A stretch of 61,324 nt of DNA, the filler included, from Dirinaria sp. TL-2023a (taxonomy: Eukaryota), in assembly GCA_051941275.1 (NCBI GenBank). It is 3 parts of 3 records of this genome, joined end to end, with 100 filler letters (N's around TTAATTAATTAA, not from the genome) between each part and the next. Parts side by side here need not be neighbours in the genome. Positions count along the whole stretch, not along the records: positions 1 to 20,399 come from JAVEBF010000289.1; 2 more parts are not named here. The stretch is one strand, 5' to 3'. Of the stretch, positions 1 to 13,800 are shown in pieces; the stretch's first letter is position 1; each line of letters begins with the position of its first letter. Position numbers and translations under genes: made by a program. Below the pieces are notes generated by a model that had not been told where the DNA came from, made no database searches, and saw nothing but the letters and a program-made list of their open reading frames with translations.

Positions 1-560
1 GCACGTGACCGACCCTTTGTATATTAAAGATGGGTCGCTCCCCCAGTTTCTAGATAGTAACTATGCGTTCTACCACCTAATTTTGACAAAAATATTAAAT
101 AAATTTATCGTTTATTGAATATATCTGTTCATGAAAAACGAATAAATTACTCACTTTCGAGTTTATAATTTGTTAAAAATAAATGATAAAACGCATAATT
201 ACTATTTAAAAATTTAAAAAAACGATTTATCTATAATATACAGAGTCGATCACGTGTCGAATAAATTTGCTCGACTCACAACATCAAATAAATTTATTCG
301 ACTTATGTAGTTGAGTAGCTATCCGACACGTGATCTCAAGTAGTTTTATCCGACACGTGACATGGAGGTCAGCACATAGAATTCCAACAGATATCTTGAA
401 AACTCCCTGAGCCTATCATAAATTTTCGTCAGATTCGAGTAATTCGAGTCGAATCTATCACTCGAGTCTTGACACGAAAATTGCACTCGGACTGCGTGGA
501 ATTACATCCGGAATGAAATATTACTCGAGATTCGTCATATGAGGAATTAGACATTGGATC
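1..560. other. AT-rich non-coding region, possibly a RIP-degraded repeat remnant
   Basis: Very AT-rich at about 75-300 with no ORF. Direct repeat TATCCGACACGTGA at 320-333 and 347-360, and several CACGTG motifs. Confidence 0.4.
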
Positions 561-782
561 AAAATTTCCAATCAATATCAAGATAACGATAGGGATTTGC
601 CTTCGGGGTTTCCAGTTTCACTCACGAGCTGGGTTCTCAGTGTATGTGATGAGGGGTTGCCAATGTTTTCAACAATCAATCCATTGTACTCTACACCCAT
701 CGCTTAATCGCTACGCAGCATTTTATCACAGAAGGATACTAAGTAGTACTTGCAGACAGCATCGCGTCATGCGCAATCAAGC

Positions 783-3700
783 TCAAAGCTCGATCGCATC
801 TTTCACACTGGAGCCCTTCACCGCCTGCGTCAATTTACTACCCTGATTCATTCCTTCAGCTTTCATAGGCTTTACAGTCCATGGGACTGTAGCCTTCCTC
901 TCGACCGGCGTTATGCTTGTTGATGCCCCCAAAAACGGAAGCTGTTGCTTGCTTTCCTTCGAAGGGGGAGAAGTGCTGATATGACCGTTCACATCCCTCC
1001 ATGATGGATTACCCTCCCATGCCTTCGGTAGTAAGCCGTGAGCGCCTGTAGCACGAAGCCTCTGCTCCGTTCTCGACAATGCTGGCCAAGAATCCTCGGA
1101 GTTTGTTGGCACTGATATTCCGTCTGTAAGTGGCCGAATAATACCTTTGCTACTGCGCTCGCTTCTCGCGCGTTCGCTCCTCAACCATGATATGCTTTCT
1201 GCCATAATTTCTCGCAATTTGCGTGACCGAACAAAGAGCGACTCATCACCATCTTCTCCACTGTGTGTAGAAGGTCGATGGGGCTGCAAAACACTTATTT
1301 TCCCGTCGCGATTGCTTTCCTCAGAAGGCGGATCAACAGGTAAACCTTCCCGTAATCGATTTAGTGCAGACTTGAAGCGCTTCTCGCTTTTCGGTGAATC
1401 CTCTCCTCTCGGTCGCTTCTTGCTTGTCAAGGGTACCACCGGTGTATCTGGGTCAAGACCAACGGCTTTAAGACGAAAGTAGTCAGTACAAGTGGTGTCC
1501 ATTTTACCAGCGCTTGAAGCGGAAACTGCCGAGAGCGGCTTGTTCCTGACAGACCTTGAAGCCTTGTAATGCACTTTGGAGTACCGTAGTGGTTTCCGCA
1601 TAGCATTCGAAGACCAGATCCGGCGCTGGCTTTCCGCAGAAGATCCCGTCTTGATCTGGGGTTCTCGTAGAGCCTCTACGGGGAGGCTCTTCCGTCTATC
1701 TAAAGGCTGCGATTGTGTTTGTAAGGCGGATTTTTGGTTTAGTGTACCATGACCTAAACCTTGTCCCAGAGAGTCGTGCTCACTAGAGCGGTTCTGTGGA
1801 CCCTGCGACAACTCTCCCATCCAGCTTGCGAAATTCTTTCTCCGCTCTCTGGCTTTTCGGAGTAGACCACAGCTCCACGCTTTCCTCTTCCAAAAACCGA
1901 AATATTTCTTGCCGAGCAAGAGTGACCGACATTCGGCTAGCTTGTATCAGCCATACGTAATCAGAGCAGAGGTGTGAACTTAGCTTACTTGCTCGCCTCC
2001 AGGATTTTTCGTCATCTACTCTGGCAAGCGCCTCTGAGATAACTAATCCGATCGTATGTTCAACGAACTGTTGAAGTAGGCCGCTTTCACAAAGAGTCAT
2101 GGTCTTCGAAAGCGTGTTTAAAGAGTCTTTGCGCGCATCCACTAGCGGTGACTCGGGATCAGGACATAAAGGTGCCATGCTGGGACGAGCGGTCTCAGAA
2201 AATTTTTTGCTCAAGGATCGGTCATCGGGATGGGCGAAAGCGCCCGGGAAGTCAGCGCGTTGAGCAGATTGGGCAGCAGGATTATTAGAAGAGAGCCCCT
2301 TCTCAATGGCAGGTGGAGAGGCTGAAGGTCCAAGATCATTCGGCAAATTTTCACGCGCCTGAAAATCGATAGCGCCCTTACGAGAAGACGAGCCTGGACA
2401 AATACCTGACGAAAGCCGCTTTGTTGCGGGAAAGGTTGGTATAGTCATTTTCGAAGTTTCAGATCCAGCGTGCCCGGAAGCGGCTGATGAAACATCAAAG
2501 GACGAACGTTCTTGATTCCGTGGGTCAGGTGACGGGGTCGAATTTGGAGAGAATAAATACGTGGGCTGTGTAGGCTTTTGCGCCGCTAGTAGGGGATCGT
2601 GCTCGGGTGCAAATGGCGATGATCTTGTCTTTGATATAGGGAATTTTGTTGAAGTTTCCGGTTTGGTGGTTGTCATGAGACCAAGTGTGGCGCTGGAATC
2701 TGTATCAGGTAGCGTTTGACTGGATGCGGCGTCGCCGAACAGAATCGCTGCCGCAGAAGAATGCAGTGGCGATTGCGAAATCGATGTCGATGGTATCTCA
2801 AGATTTATGGGGACTGAGCCAGGAAGAGTTGGCAATGCCGAATTAGGGTGCGCATTTGCGTCCTGTGGCGCTGGGGTACTGGAGGAACCGGTGCTGGGGA
2901 CGAACTGCAGTCGGTTGGATTGAGATTGGACCAATGGTCTCAAGTTGCTCAACCCCATCGAGGGGATGGACTCATTAGGGGATCCTTCGGAGGTTCCAAT
3001 TTTGGGGGTTTCAAAGGCAATGGTTGACTGCGCTTCTGACTTTGCGTCGACGCTCGTCGTTCTGCTGGAGGCTGGCGATAATGCGGTTCGGGCATAGTCA
3101 GGTTTCTCAAAAGAAGATGCATAGGTATTGAACGATTCACCCGTACGTGGAATTTCAAATATGGTCGGTCCTGGCCTGGATGGTGTGAAAGAATTCCGCT
3201 TTGCCAACGTTGAAGCATGGTCAGATCCAGCCGCTAATCCTCCCACTGAAGTCACAGCAGCATCAGCAGGTTTCAGCAGGCTCGTACCGCTACTTGGAGG
3301 GGAAAATGAAGCCTTTGGTTCGCTCCTCGGGGTTTCACTTCGCAAAGGCGTCTCATTCTTATCTTGTGACTCTTCCATCAAAAAAAGCGATTGCCCATCA
3401 GCTGGCAGAGGACTCTCAATTTCTGTAGCAGGGTCGATCATTCCACGGGCCTGAGCTTCAGATGAGGTAATCCCGTTGACGATGGCTTGGAGAGTGCGGT
3501 GGTGTCTTTTTGTTTCAACTAAATTTTTTGAAAAAAGCTGCTTTCGGCGCGGATTTGCATCTACCCAACGTTCTGCTCGTGATCTCTAGCAATGAGGGTA
3601 AGATAGACTGACCTGACAGGTGTTTGCCGGAAACAGAACCAAGATCGATGTATGGCTGGCCGTTGTCCTTCTCGGATACCACAAATCCATGCTCTTCCAC

Positions 3701-5235
3701 ATAGGTACGCGCCTGATCTTCGTCGTCGAAACCAAGAGCCACAGCTAGATCCTCCAAAACCCAATCCTCCATTCTCGACGGTCCGCCTCTGTTGCCTTTG
3801 TACGCCTTCCATATCGCTTCTAACGCTGTGCTTCGGACGAGGTTGAAGTAGATCTCGGCAGTGCATGCCATTGTATAAGAAACCGCGTTCGACTGTACTA
3901 GAGCCCAGAAGAGGCCTGGATTGGCCTGAGCCACAGAAAAAGGAACACGTGGTTTCAAAGGACCCTGGTCGTCTGAAGTATTGCCAGCCGCTTCATATAT
4001 CCTCAAAGCCATCTTCACCCTTGGATCACGAAGCAACATCCGCGGCCATTGCTGAATTCTGTCCTCTAGATCTGGTCGTTGATCTTGAATCTCGAAAATA
4101 ATACAGTATGCTCGGAATTCCGCTTCATTCACGGACAGAAGCTTGTGCCGACTGTCATCATAGTAGTACATAAGAGAAAGTAGCGTATTATTAAGTTGTT
4201 CCCGTTCTTGATGGTGGTCAAATTCTTCATTGCCCAGCTCAGGCTGCGATAGCTGGTGCAGAGACAGTATATGAAAACGTGCAATGCGCTCGAAGCACTC
4301 GATCGCGATCCGAAGATCCTCCACCTTCGTCACTTGTTGTATTGAGAAATCGTTTCGAATGCCTCTTGTCCTATCCCAAACAAATTTGTGGACTTTAGCT
4401 AGCGGTTGCGAGCCTCCGACAACTTCATCAATCAAGTAGTCTAGCGTCTTTCTCAGGACTAATGGGGGACGAATATCGGACGGCAATTGCTCATCGTAAC
4501 CAGCAGCTGATCTTCGAAACCTCTTGACCATTTTCTCTTCGCACGGCTCGCTGGTGCCTGATGAGGTTATATTCTGCCCTACCCATTAGTCACCATGCTC
4601 CCGTCTATCGGCTTCCTGTCCGACTAAAAACTCACCCTCTCGCACCCATCGACCATGAGCTGCACGATCCGCTCCACTCTTTCGAACCGCGGACACATGT
4701 CCTGACATATGCCGACCGGAGTTATGGCATTGGCCAGCGAAGTAGGCTTATCGGGATCGGCAAGGACGCCGTCTTGAATTGCTTGCTTCCTCTCTTGTTC
4801 ACGCCTTTTCTTGAGCTAATGTCATAACCAAACGCAAGATGTCACTATGAATACTTTGAGTTAGTATATTCGGATTATTGTACATACCGTCTGATACGTG
4901 TCGTTCGCTCGCTTTTGAAGCGCTCCTCTAGCTCCTTGCGAGCCTACAACACCCCTCATCTCATCTCGCGGTGGCGATGTAGATATTTGAGGCGTGCGGG
5001 GATTGGTTTTACCTTGAGGTGGTTGCGTTGAAGAAGGGGGAGTCCTTCTGTTAGCATTTGCATGATGGCTGTGATTTGACGACGGTCTGAACTGTTTCGT
5101 GGATGGACCATTCGGGGTAGACACGCCGCGGCCCAGAGTCTTGGAGGTAGAGCCACCTCTACCGCTCCTCTGTGTCCGCAAGTCGCTACTTCGGCCACGG
5201 CCTCTTCCACTGCGCGCTCCTTGTGAAGTTAACAT
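783..5235 (-). CDS. SAC3: SAC3/GANP-family nuclear mRNA export (TREX-2) protein, 5 exons
   Basis: Exons 5235-4888, 4815-4636, 4573-3613, 3560-1989 and 1936-783 splice in frame with GT-AG. Motifs GICQDMCPRFER, VKRFRRSAAG, DIRPPLVLRKTLDYL, FVWDRTRGIRNDFSIQ and ERIARFHILSLH are typical of the SAC3/GANP domain. The C-terminal half is long and S/P-rich. Confidence 0.92.
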
Positions 5236-7056
5236 GTTGCGCGCTATCCTTAGGGATGCGACTATTGGTCGAGCTCTTGTACATTAGGGAGAAGGGTCGA
5301 TTGTTGGGTTTGAATATAAGAAGGATGTGCCTTGAAATGGTAAGTGTCGAGCCAACAGAAGTGTTTGCGGCACTTTCTTTTATCTAAGGTAGATGTTACG
5401 CATTACAAGATGAAGCTAACACAACTCGAGGCTCTAAACCTCGGCTGGTTAAGGGGCGGCAGCCGCGTTAGGTTTAGCCCGCCCTCCCAGTTGACATGCC
5501 TGAGAGGGTTATATTAGGGTTGAATTCAACTTCGCACATTTCAACGGAATGGAAGGTTTCCATCACTTGAAGATAAGATGCTTTGGGTAAGGAGGTAAGA
5601 CAAGATTACTTTGCATGTAACGCAACAATTCTTCGCAGACAAAATAGTCCCAATTCTTCGGAAACAAGGTCAACCCAGACGATCGAAACTGATACACGTT
5701 CAAGCTCAGACACAGGTTTCGGCTGAGAGAAAGACGTGAAGCAAGTGGTGGAGATACATGAGGTCAAAGTAGAGATAGCATTAATAGAGGTAAAGTCTTT
5801 GCCAACGCTTTTCTCGACATGATCGAGGCAATGAAGTGAGAGAAGATCAGAACCAGACGCGGAGAAAATCAAGTATAGATAAGCCCGTATTGGTTCAAGA
5901 CTTCCTACTAAGAATGCTAAAAATGTGGCTTAATCAAGGCCACAACGAGTGATTTGCTTACGCGCTATTCAATGTATCTGGCATGTCGTAATGACAATGT
6001 GACAAGCTTGAAATGAGTCTAGAGTAGAGATTGTGTGTATCCGAGAGTTCCTGCCCGGTGCCCTTTTTGAGCAATTCTAACCCTCTGCGATAGATACGAA
6101 CGCATCGACGAGCATAGAACTTTTATCAGTTGTGATTCGATCAGGACCTCAGTCATGGTGTAACACTGAGCTTTTAGAAGCTATTAGTGTGCGCTCACCA
6201 AAATTGGGTGGGATGTTTACCGGAACTGAGTGTGCGAGGAATAGTTGCATTACTTCAAGCCAAGGTGGGCATGTATATCTAGGTCCTCTTTGTCTCCCGT
6301 CAATTCTATTCTTCGTTCCGTTGGTCTGATCGCCATAGAATCATTACACCACATATCTTCAGGAAGTGGGATCTGGACAATTAGAAAGGGTCCCATGGGT
6401 ACGGCTATGTTGAAGATCAAAGCGCCGTTAAGCTCTTGCAAGGTAAGAGGAGAATGACTGGGGGATGTGGATAGAAGGCGCAAGACTGCTTCGATAAAGA
6501 TTGAACGAATGCGTACGACTAGAGTTATATCGCTTACTAAATATTCGTACAAGCGACTCGGCGCTGAAGGGAGCCCAGAAAAATTAAAAAACCATCCTCG
6601 CATGTCGCTCAATCGGTCATGGAATGCTGCCTCGTAGAACATTGCTTGGATTTTCCAGCTTTCGACATTGGTCCATGGGGAACCACTATTGTGACGGCCA
6701 CAAGGGTGTTGTAGAATTAAAGAGTGTATCTGGGATAACACTTCTCGTAAGATGAGTCCTCGAGGATTGACTTTGAAAGAGAGCAGCACTTGTTCGATTC
6801 AAGATATTCAACCTTATACCGATAATCTCTCCATGTCCCTTCGTCGCTTCTAAATGGTCTACTCCTCAACAAACCAAACACTCTTCTATACAGATGTGTA
6901 ATTGACCCAACTGGTCTTGATACGTTTTCTTGTTGCCCAGCAGCCCTCAGTAGCTGCAAGCACTCAAGTCAGTGAATCTAAAGTGCTGACTGCTGAGAGG
7001 ATAGGCTGCCAAATATCACGTCTGATTGGCGCAGTAATATAGAAACCTGACCAATA

Positions 7057-9162
7057 TTATAGGTCACTAGGGTGGATGTTGGGAGCGGCTCCGCTGCAAT
7101 GTCGTGCCTCGTCGTAGTGGCCGAAACGCTGGAAGTCCCAGGATTGCCTGAATTTCCCTTGCGGTGGAGGAAATCCTTGCTCGATAGAGGCCATCGAAGA
7201 TGTGCACATGGACGCGTTTCCAAAGTCATATTGCTCTTTCTGGAACGTCGAGGTCGGCCATAACGCCAGCCCGTGAGTAAAGAGAGTGTCATCTCTGGCA
7301 CAGATGGCCTCGGCCGGATGTTCTGTCAAGCCGGCCCATTCCGACTTACCGGAGCATGCCAAGGGAAGCCCGGCGTTACCGCTGTACAAGCCTGGATTGT
7401 ATGCCTGCTCTCCTTGGAAAGAGGAACTTGCTGCTGTCCTCAAATACTTTTGATCGCTAGCATAATTTCGATTTTGGGGTCTGAGCGCTAATCTGAATTC
7501 ATCTGGGTGGTGGTCGAATTTTCTGTGTTCCAGGGCCCTCGTACCATTGCCTGTTGACACATCGAACGAACCCAGATCGGAGAATTCATGCCCTAACGGA
7601 TAGGCTACGTTCTGTTCTGGCCGAGGGGGCGGAACATGCATGTCGTCACCACTAGGAAGGCCCAGCTCGTTGCATGCTTCGTTGGAGACGTTTAACGGAC
7701 AGCTACCGTGCCTCGACCTTTGCTGCTGGGATGGATCAAGGCTATTGGCGGGTGAAAGGGCATCTGACGGTGTGAGTAGGTTCGGACTATCTTCGGCGGG
7801 GGTGCCATGACGCTCCACTATTGTCGTGCCGTTAGAAACTCTGTGGCCGTCGTTGATCGGGAGTGCGACGGAGATAGTCGTACTTCCATCTGCATGAAGA
7901 ATGAGATCGAGATTAGCGTAAGGGGAGTGCATCTGATTGGATTGCCATGCTTACCTATCTGATTATCCTCGTAGCGTTCTTGGTGTCCTCGAATGCGATA
8001 GACTTCTTTAAGGTACTTCATCGCTTCGCGGTTCAAGGTCGTCGAGGTCGACGGGGGCGGCTTCGTGCTCTCTTGCGGTTGCACCGCCTTCGTGCTCTCT
8101 TGCAGCGCAGCAACAGGACATTTCCGCAGCAAGTGCTTGAGGAGAATGAGTCTCTCTGCATCTGGTAAGCTTCATGCCAGGATGAACGGGGATGGGAATG
8201 AACATACCAGCCTTTTTCAAATGATCCGGTTCTTTGTGCCGGCACCCTTCCCCTCTTTGCCAGCCTTCGGTAGAGGGCCACCAAGGCGGCTTGGTGAGCT
8301 CGCCTGTATTCTCATTACCGTATATTCCGGATGCCTCTTTTTTCCTGTCGCCGCCGTTGTAAGGATATTTTGTCTGTTTGCGCGGCTCCTTGGCTTTAAT
8401 CCATGCTTTCGCCACAACCCTACAACCAACCTGCTTCATGTGTTTCAATTGATTATCGATACATCTTTCTATCGCAACCGCATTGTCGATTCTAATGCTC
8501 GTGGGGGAATATTGAGTATCGACCAATTCTTCAAAATCGCTATTATCATCGTCATCGGAGCCCTTGGAGTCGTCACCTTTCTTGAGGCCCACAACTGTGC
8601 TCGAGGGCACAGGGTGGCTCAGCTCATGCGTGCAAGATTTCCTCCGTTTGGTCTGAAAGGTATCATCAGATCCGGGTCGCTTATTCTTCGAGCTAAACGT
8701 CTTCGCCGAGGCTTCGTGAGCTAAGGGACTTTCTGTGACGCAGCCGGCAAGTGCGCCATTGTCGACATCGTGGGCTACCCATACAACATCAATTTTGTTG
8801 GAATTATAGACAAAGGCAGGAGGCGTGAACTCGAAGACTAAACAAACTCGGAACGTACCGTGCCGCTCAATATGCTCAGCGGTATCCGTTTCGGCCACGA
8901 TTTGAAGGAACTTGTTATGAAACGGGGCGAAGAATTGCTCTAACTCGCCTAACCGCGATTGCAGAGATTCCGAAGTATCGACGGTAAGGTTCCCATCCGA
9001 GTCAACCGAGCATTTGGCAAAATGTTGAGGAAGCCTTGGTTTTTGGGTTGAGATGGAGTCTTGGATCTGAAGCGCATCAGTAGGAATGCTCCGCACAGCC
9101 ACTATGGCACAGATTTCTCACAGTTGTTCCCAATGATAAGACAGGTATCTTACACCTACCAT
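7057..9162 (-). CDS. DUF2841 (YDR124W-like) fungal protein, multi-exon
   Basis: Motifs QVGCRVVAKAWIKAKEPRKQTKYPYNGG, KPPWWP and CRHKEPDHLKK. ORFs 8008-9102, 7818-8132 and 7057-7932 join through introns at about 8206-8156 and 7955-7891. The start at ATG 9162 via a short first exon is tentative. Confidence 0.75.
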
Positions 9163-10892
9163 ACAGCGAGACATTGGGGTCACTGTGTCCGATCTCTGCT
9201 ATCGTCTTTTGCGATGCAGATGAAGCTGTCTGGCGATGATCTGCTTTGTGGAAGGATTCCCAGGACGGACCAACCGCGACCATGTCGGAGGAGAAATATC
9301 ACGACAATCCGCTGCTAGACTAACCCATGTGTCCCACGCCAAGTCCAGGTTCAAATTACCTGCTTTCTTGCAATGATTAACAGCAGACGTGTTCAGCTGA
9401 CATATACAGGAGTCGAAAGTCAGATGTAAAGCTACCCATCATCAGTGCCGCGTTTTCAATTCTTGCTTGAACAAGCGTAGATGGGCAAGAGGCAAAGGAT
9501 AATGGTGTCTAAACACAAGACTTCAAATGGTAGTGTGAGCAGAAGTCCTGGGAACGAAGACAATGCCGGAATAACGAAACACACAAAACCATACATCGTC
9601 TTTGTAAAGTAAATACAGCCAGAACTTGAAAGTGGAAATTCTCTAAAATAGGGAAAAGGTGAGACCGATCGTTAATAAGCAGCGCCGTCGGCGCAAGACT
9701 CCTCGATTGATGCTTACCTTTCAAATACTGGAATAATCATGAAGAATGCCTGCCCCTCGCACACGACGAGACACCTATCGATGTGGTGACACGGCTGTCC
9801 TAGGGTAGTATGGCGAAAAATTAACAAGGATTGGATCAATGGTTCCAGGCAGGGAGTACAAGAGCACCGATATGGTATTCGACGGGCCCATCGCCATTCA
9901 GTCTACGAAGGCTTTTTGATATAGCCCAGGGATTTGACCGGGGGAGATCTCACGAATCGGAAGCTCGATCACACTTCCGCCGGGTCTGATGCCGGGGCGG
10001 CGACGCACAGAGTATGCAGAGAAACGCGGATGAGCCAATGACGCCATGGGAAAAGTTTCGACCATACCATATTGGCCGACTTCAGCAGTGGGAGGTAGTG
10101 GTGTTGCGTCGTGACAGGGGTTGGAGTAGATATTATGTGGGCAGCCTCCTTTCCGGCTCTCGAGATTCGGATCGATGGCAAGCTCTCCGGCTTCGGCAGG
10201 GAGAGAGGTACTCGTACCGGGCAAGCCGTAGAATTTGTGGAGCATGTATCACATCTAGCCACCTTACTTCGTAGCTTGCTGGGGTCTTCGTAGCCGCCTG
10301 CACGCAGCGCCGAGGTATTTGGGGCAGATGTACTGCACGCTCCGCTGATCTAATCTTCATGGCCGTCTCGAGAGTAGGTAGGACGACCGACTTGCCGTTG
10401 TACGCCAGCCAGTAGATTCCCGAATCGATAGCAGCCGATTTCTGCCTATTGGAAAGTATCATATGAGTGCACACCCGAGACGTAGCTAGAGCAGCATTGC
10501 AAAAGCCAATCGTCCTGTTTTGGATAGTTGCCCAAGCGTGCATGGTTCTACTCTGCAACTCGCTCACACTCCACCATTGCAGGAGCCAGCGTGCCTGGCA
10601 AAGCAAACATTTCCGGCAGCCGCTCTCTTCCCTGATGCGACAATCGTACTAGGATCTCGATGTGATGGTGAAATCCGGGTTAGATAACAACCCACGCGCC
10701 CGCCCATGCAAATGCACAACATACAGTAATGGCGCCGATACTGCTGCAGCCACTTCCGCCACACGCGCGACACTTGCAGAAGGTCTCTTCCCCATGCTTC
10801 TAAGCTCCACACCCTTGCTTTATGCTTAATCGTAATATCAAGGGAAATAAGTACATGGCGCAATGAAGAGAATATGCTAAAGTTAGGCTTAG

Positions 10893-13800
10893 TTACACAT
10901 CCACACTATCAAGCAAACTAGCTTCCTTGACGAGTTGGTAAAAGAGGCCTTGGCGGCGCACTAATGCCGAGGGCGTGTCAAACTCCGCTACCTCACCGTG
11001 GTCGAGTACAACGATCCGATCAGAATCAAGGATGGTATTGATGCGATGAGCAATGGTGATGATGGTACGGTCCTTGAACATATTACTTCGCAAAGTGGTC
11101 TGCAGCATCGCATCCGTCTCAATGTCCACTGCGGCCTACAACTTCGTGATTAGCACTGTGAAGCACAGATTCCGAGATTTAGGTGACTTTACCGTTGCTT
11201 CGTCTAGCACTGTGAGGATAGCGAGATGTCGTGGTCAGCCAAGTATTACTTTCAAAAACAAATATAGAAGATCCTACCTAAGACATTGGTGGGTGTAAGG
11301 AGAGCTCGGGCCAGTGAGACTAGCTGACGCTGGCCTTGGCTCAAGTTGCTTCCTGTTTCCGATTGGTGTTACCTTACATTGCGTTGATTTCGCAGTACGT
11401 GCAGAACACATAATAACGTGGATGCATCTGTACCGAAGGAGAATGAGCACTCACCACCTTCAAAGATTTGGGCTTCAAGACCGCCGGGCAAAGACGCGAC
11501 ATGCTCTTTCAGTCTCGCGTGCTCTATCTCATCACACAATGTTTCAGCGTCTGTGAAATGTTGTGACGGGATGAATAGGAAAGGACAACCCACCTAGAAC
11601 ACTCCATAGCTCTGTGTCGTCGTGAACATGGCCTGGGTCAAGGTTATCTCGCACGGAGCCTTCAAACAGAGCGGCATCCTGAGGGATAATTGCTAGCCTT
11701 TGCCGAAGATCGGATAGCCCGATATACGATGTGTTTATATGATCGATGGTGATATTACCTGCGCTAGGCTCAATGATCCGGAACAGGGCCAGGGTGAGGG
11801 AGCTTTTCCCAGCCCCGGTGCGGCCCACGACGCCGATTTTTTCGTGCGCTTTAATACTTAAGTTAATGTCCTTCAACACCAGATTCAGGTCTTCCCGGTA
11901 CTTTGTCGAGTAGTGCTCGAAGATGACCGCTCCTTGAGCCGGCCAACTGATTTTGGGCTTGTTCTTTGGAATCACTTCGGGCGCTTCGCTCGGCAATCTA
12001 GCATACTCCAAGACCCGCTCAACCGAGACAATATTAGTCTCTACTTCGACAGTTTGCCTCACGATCCAATTCAGACTCTGGGTGATTTGCAAGGCATAAG
12101 ACATAGCCAAGCCTACCATGCCTGCTGACAGCCCGCTTCCCGTGGCGACCGAGATGATGGCAAAACCGGCGGCGGCGAAGATGATAAACGACCCAATGAA
12201 CTCTAGTCGAACTGCTAGCCACCTGTTTGCGTTGATGGAAGGGAAGTAGGCACGGAGGTTCGCGTCCACCCGCCACGCGTTCTCCCGGGCGAATCTCCCT
12301 TGCTGGCGATATGCACGAATTGTCGTGATACCACCCAGCGATTCCTGGAAGTGAGCGTAGATGGGGCTTCTGCTTACACTTTCCAGGCGCTTAAGCTCCC
12401 TCGAGGTGCGCAGATAGTATCGCTGGATGTAGAGGTATACCGCAGTCAGAGGAACGATGAGCGCAATGAAAACAGGAGTAGATACCGCAATCAAGACCAA
12501 GGTATACAAAGCCCGTGCGGTATTCACGAAAAGCTATCAGAGAGGGTCAGCTGCAGCTTAAGCGAGCCGGTGAGTGGTTTTACCATGTTGAATGTGCGAG
12601 CGAGGACTTCATCTACTCGGTAAATATCACTACGTGCAAATCAGTTAAGTTGCAGGAAACCTAATGTGCCTTTGCAGCGACGCTATGCGCACACCACGCA
12701 GCGGTCCGTGTGGAACCGAGACACATGAGAAGGTGCATGCGGAGCGAGCCGGGTGACGAACCTGGAGAAGCGGTTGAGGATGCGGCCTGCGGGAGTCGTC
12801 TCGAAGAATTTCATCGGACTTCTGAATATGGCGAAAGCCATCCGCTCATGTAACTTGCGAGATGCCTGTTGCGGCAGTAGATCGACATTAGTCTTCCAGG
12901 ACTGGAATAACAATGCTGCCGCGTAAATGCGGTGAGTGGAAGAGAAGAACTTCGTACCTCTATAGAGCAAAAAATCCAGAGGATGAGTGTTTGGACCACT
13001 ACTAGCGTAGCTGCCCCAATGCCAAAGGCAAAGTACACACCGATGTATTTGCCAATCATCGGATTCCTATCATAGCGCTCATTGACCTCCGACCAGTTTT
13101 TCAACCAAAGGCTGCCGCCGATTTGTGCAGTTTGTGCAGCAACCAGCATAGTTAGGTATATCAGGACGGCGACAACATTGCTGGTCTTTGCGTACTCGCC
13201 GTATACGGCCCATTTTACCTTGCCTTGCTCCGAAATTTCCTTGTTTTGCTTCATATTAGCACCGCTTTCTTCGTCCGTCAACTTGCCTCGAGGTCCTTTA
13301 AAAGAGGCAGTACTCGCACGCCGAAGCTCGGTGGTGCTACTGTCTCTGCGGGGTTTTCTATCCATGTTTCGGATCGGCGCGAGTAACCTGGTGCCTTCAT
13401 GTACCTGCTCCGCGTCCTCTTCGGAATAGCCCGTGCCGATTACGGTATTCGAGTCTGCACTGGTAAAGGAATTGGTATCTTTGCAGTCTTCTTCGCTCAG
13501 AGACGTCGAATCGTTGTCCTCATTGTTCGCGGTCTTTATCAAGGTTGCGACTTCACCTTTCATATCCATCAGCTGCTCATATGTTCCCTTCTCTAAGATT
13601 CTGCTATCGCGAAGTAGTGTTACGTAGTCTGCTTCGCGCAGGATCGGGATACTATTAGTAGCTAACACCCGGGTCTTGCTAGATAGAAGACCATCTCGAC
13701 CTAATACGTTGTTGATCAGATGCCTTCCAACATGTTGATCTACAGCGGAGAGGCAGTCGTCAAGCAAGTAGACATCTGCGCGTGCATAAACTGCTCTCGC

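Noticed and set aside
6250..6959. 179-aa and 80-aa minus-strand ORFs downstream of the DUF2841-like gene
   Set aside because: No convincing ATG, splice structure or recognisable motif. A gene relic is possible but unsupported.
9898..10863. Cluster of short overlapping ORFs between the DUF2841-like gene and YCF1
   Set aside because: No recognisable domain or consistent exon structure.
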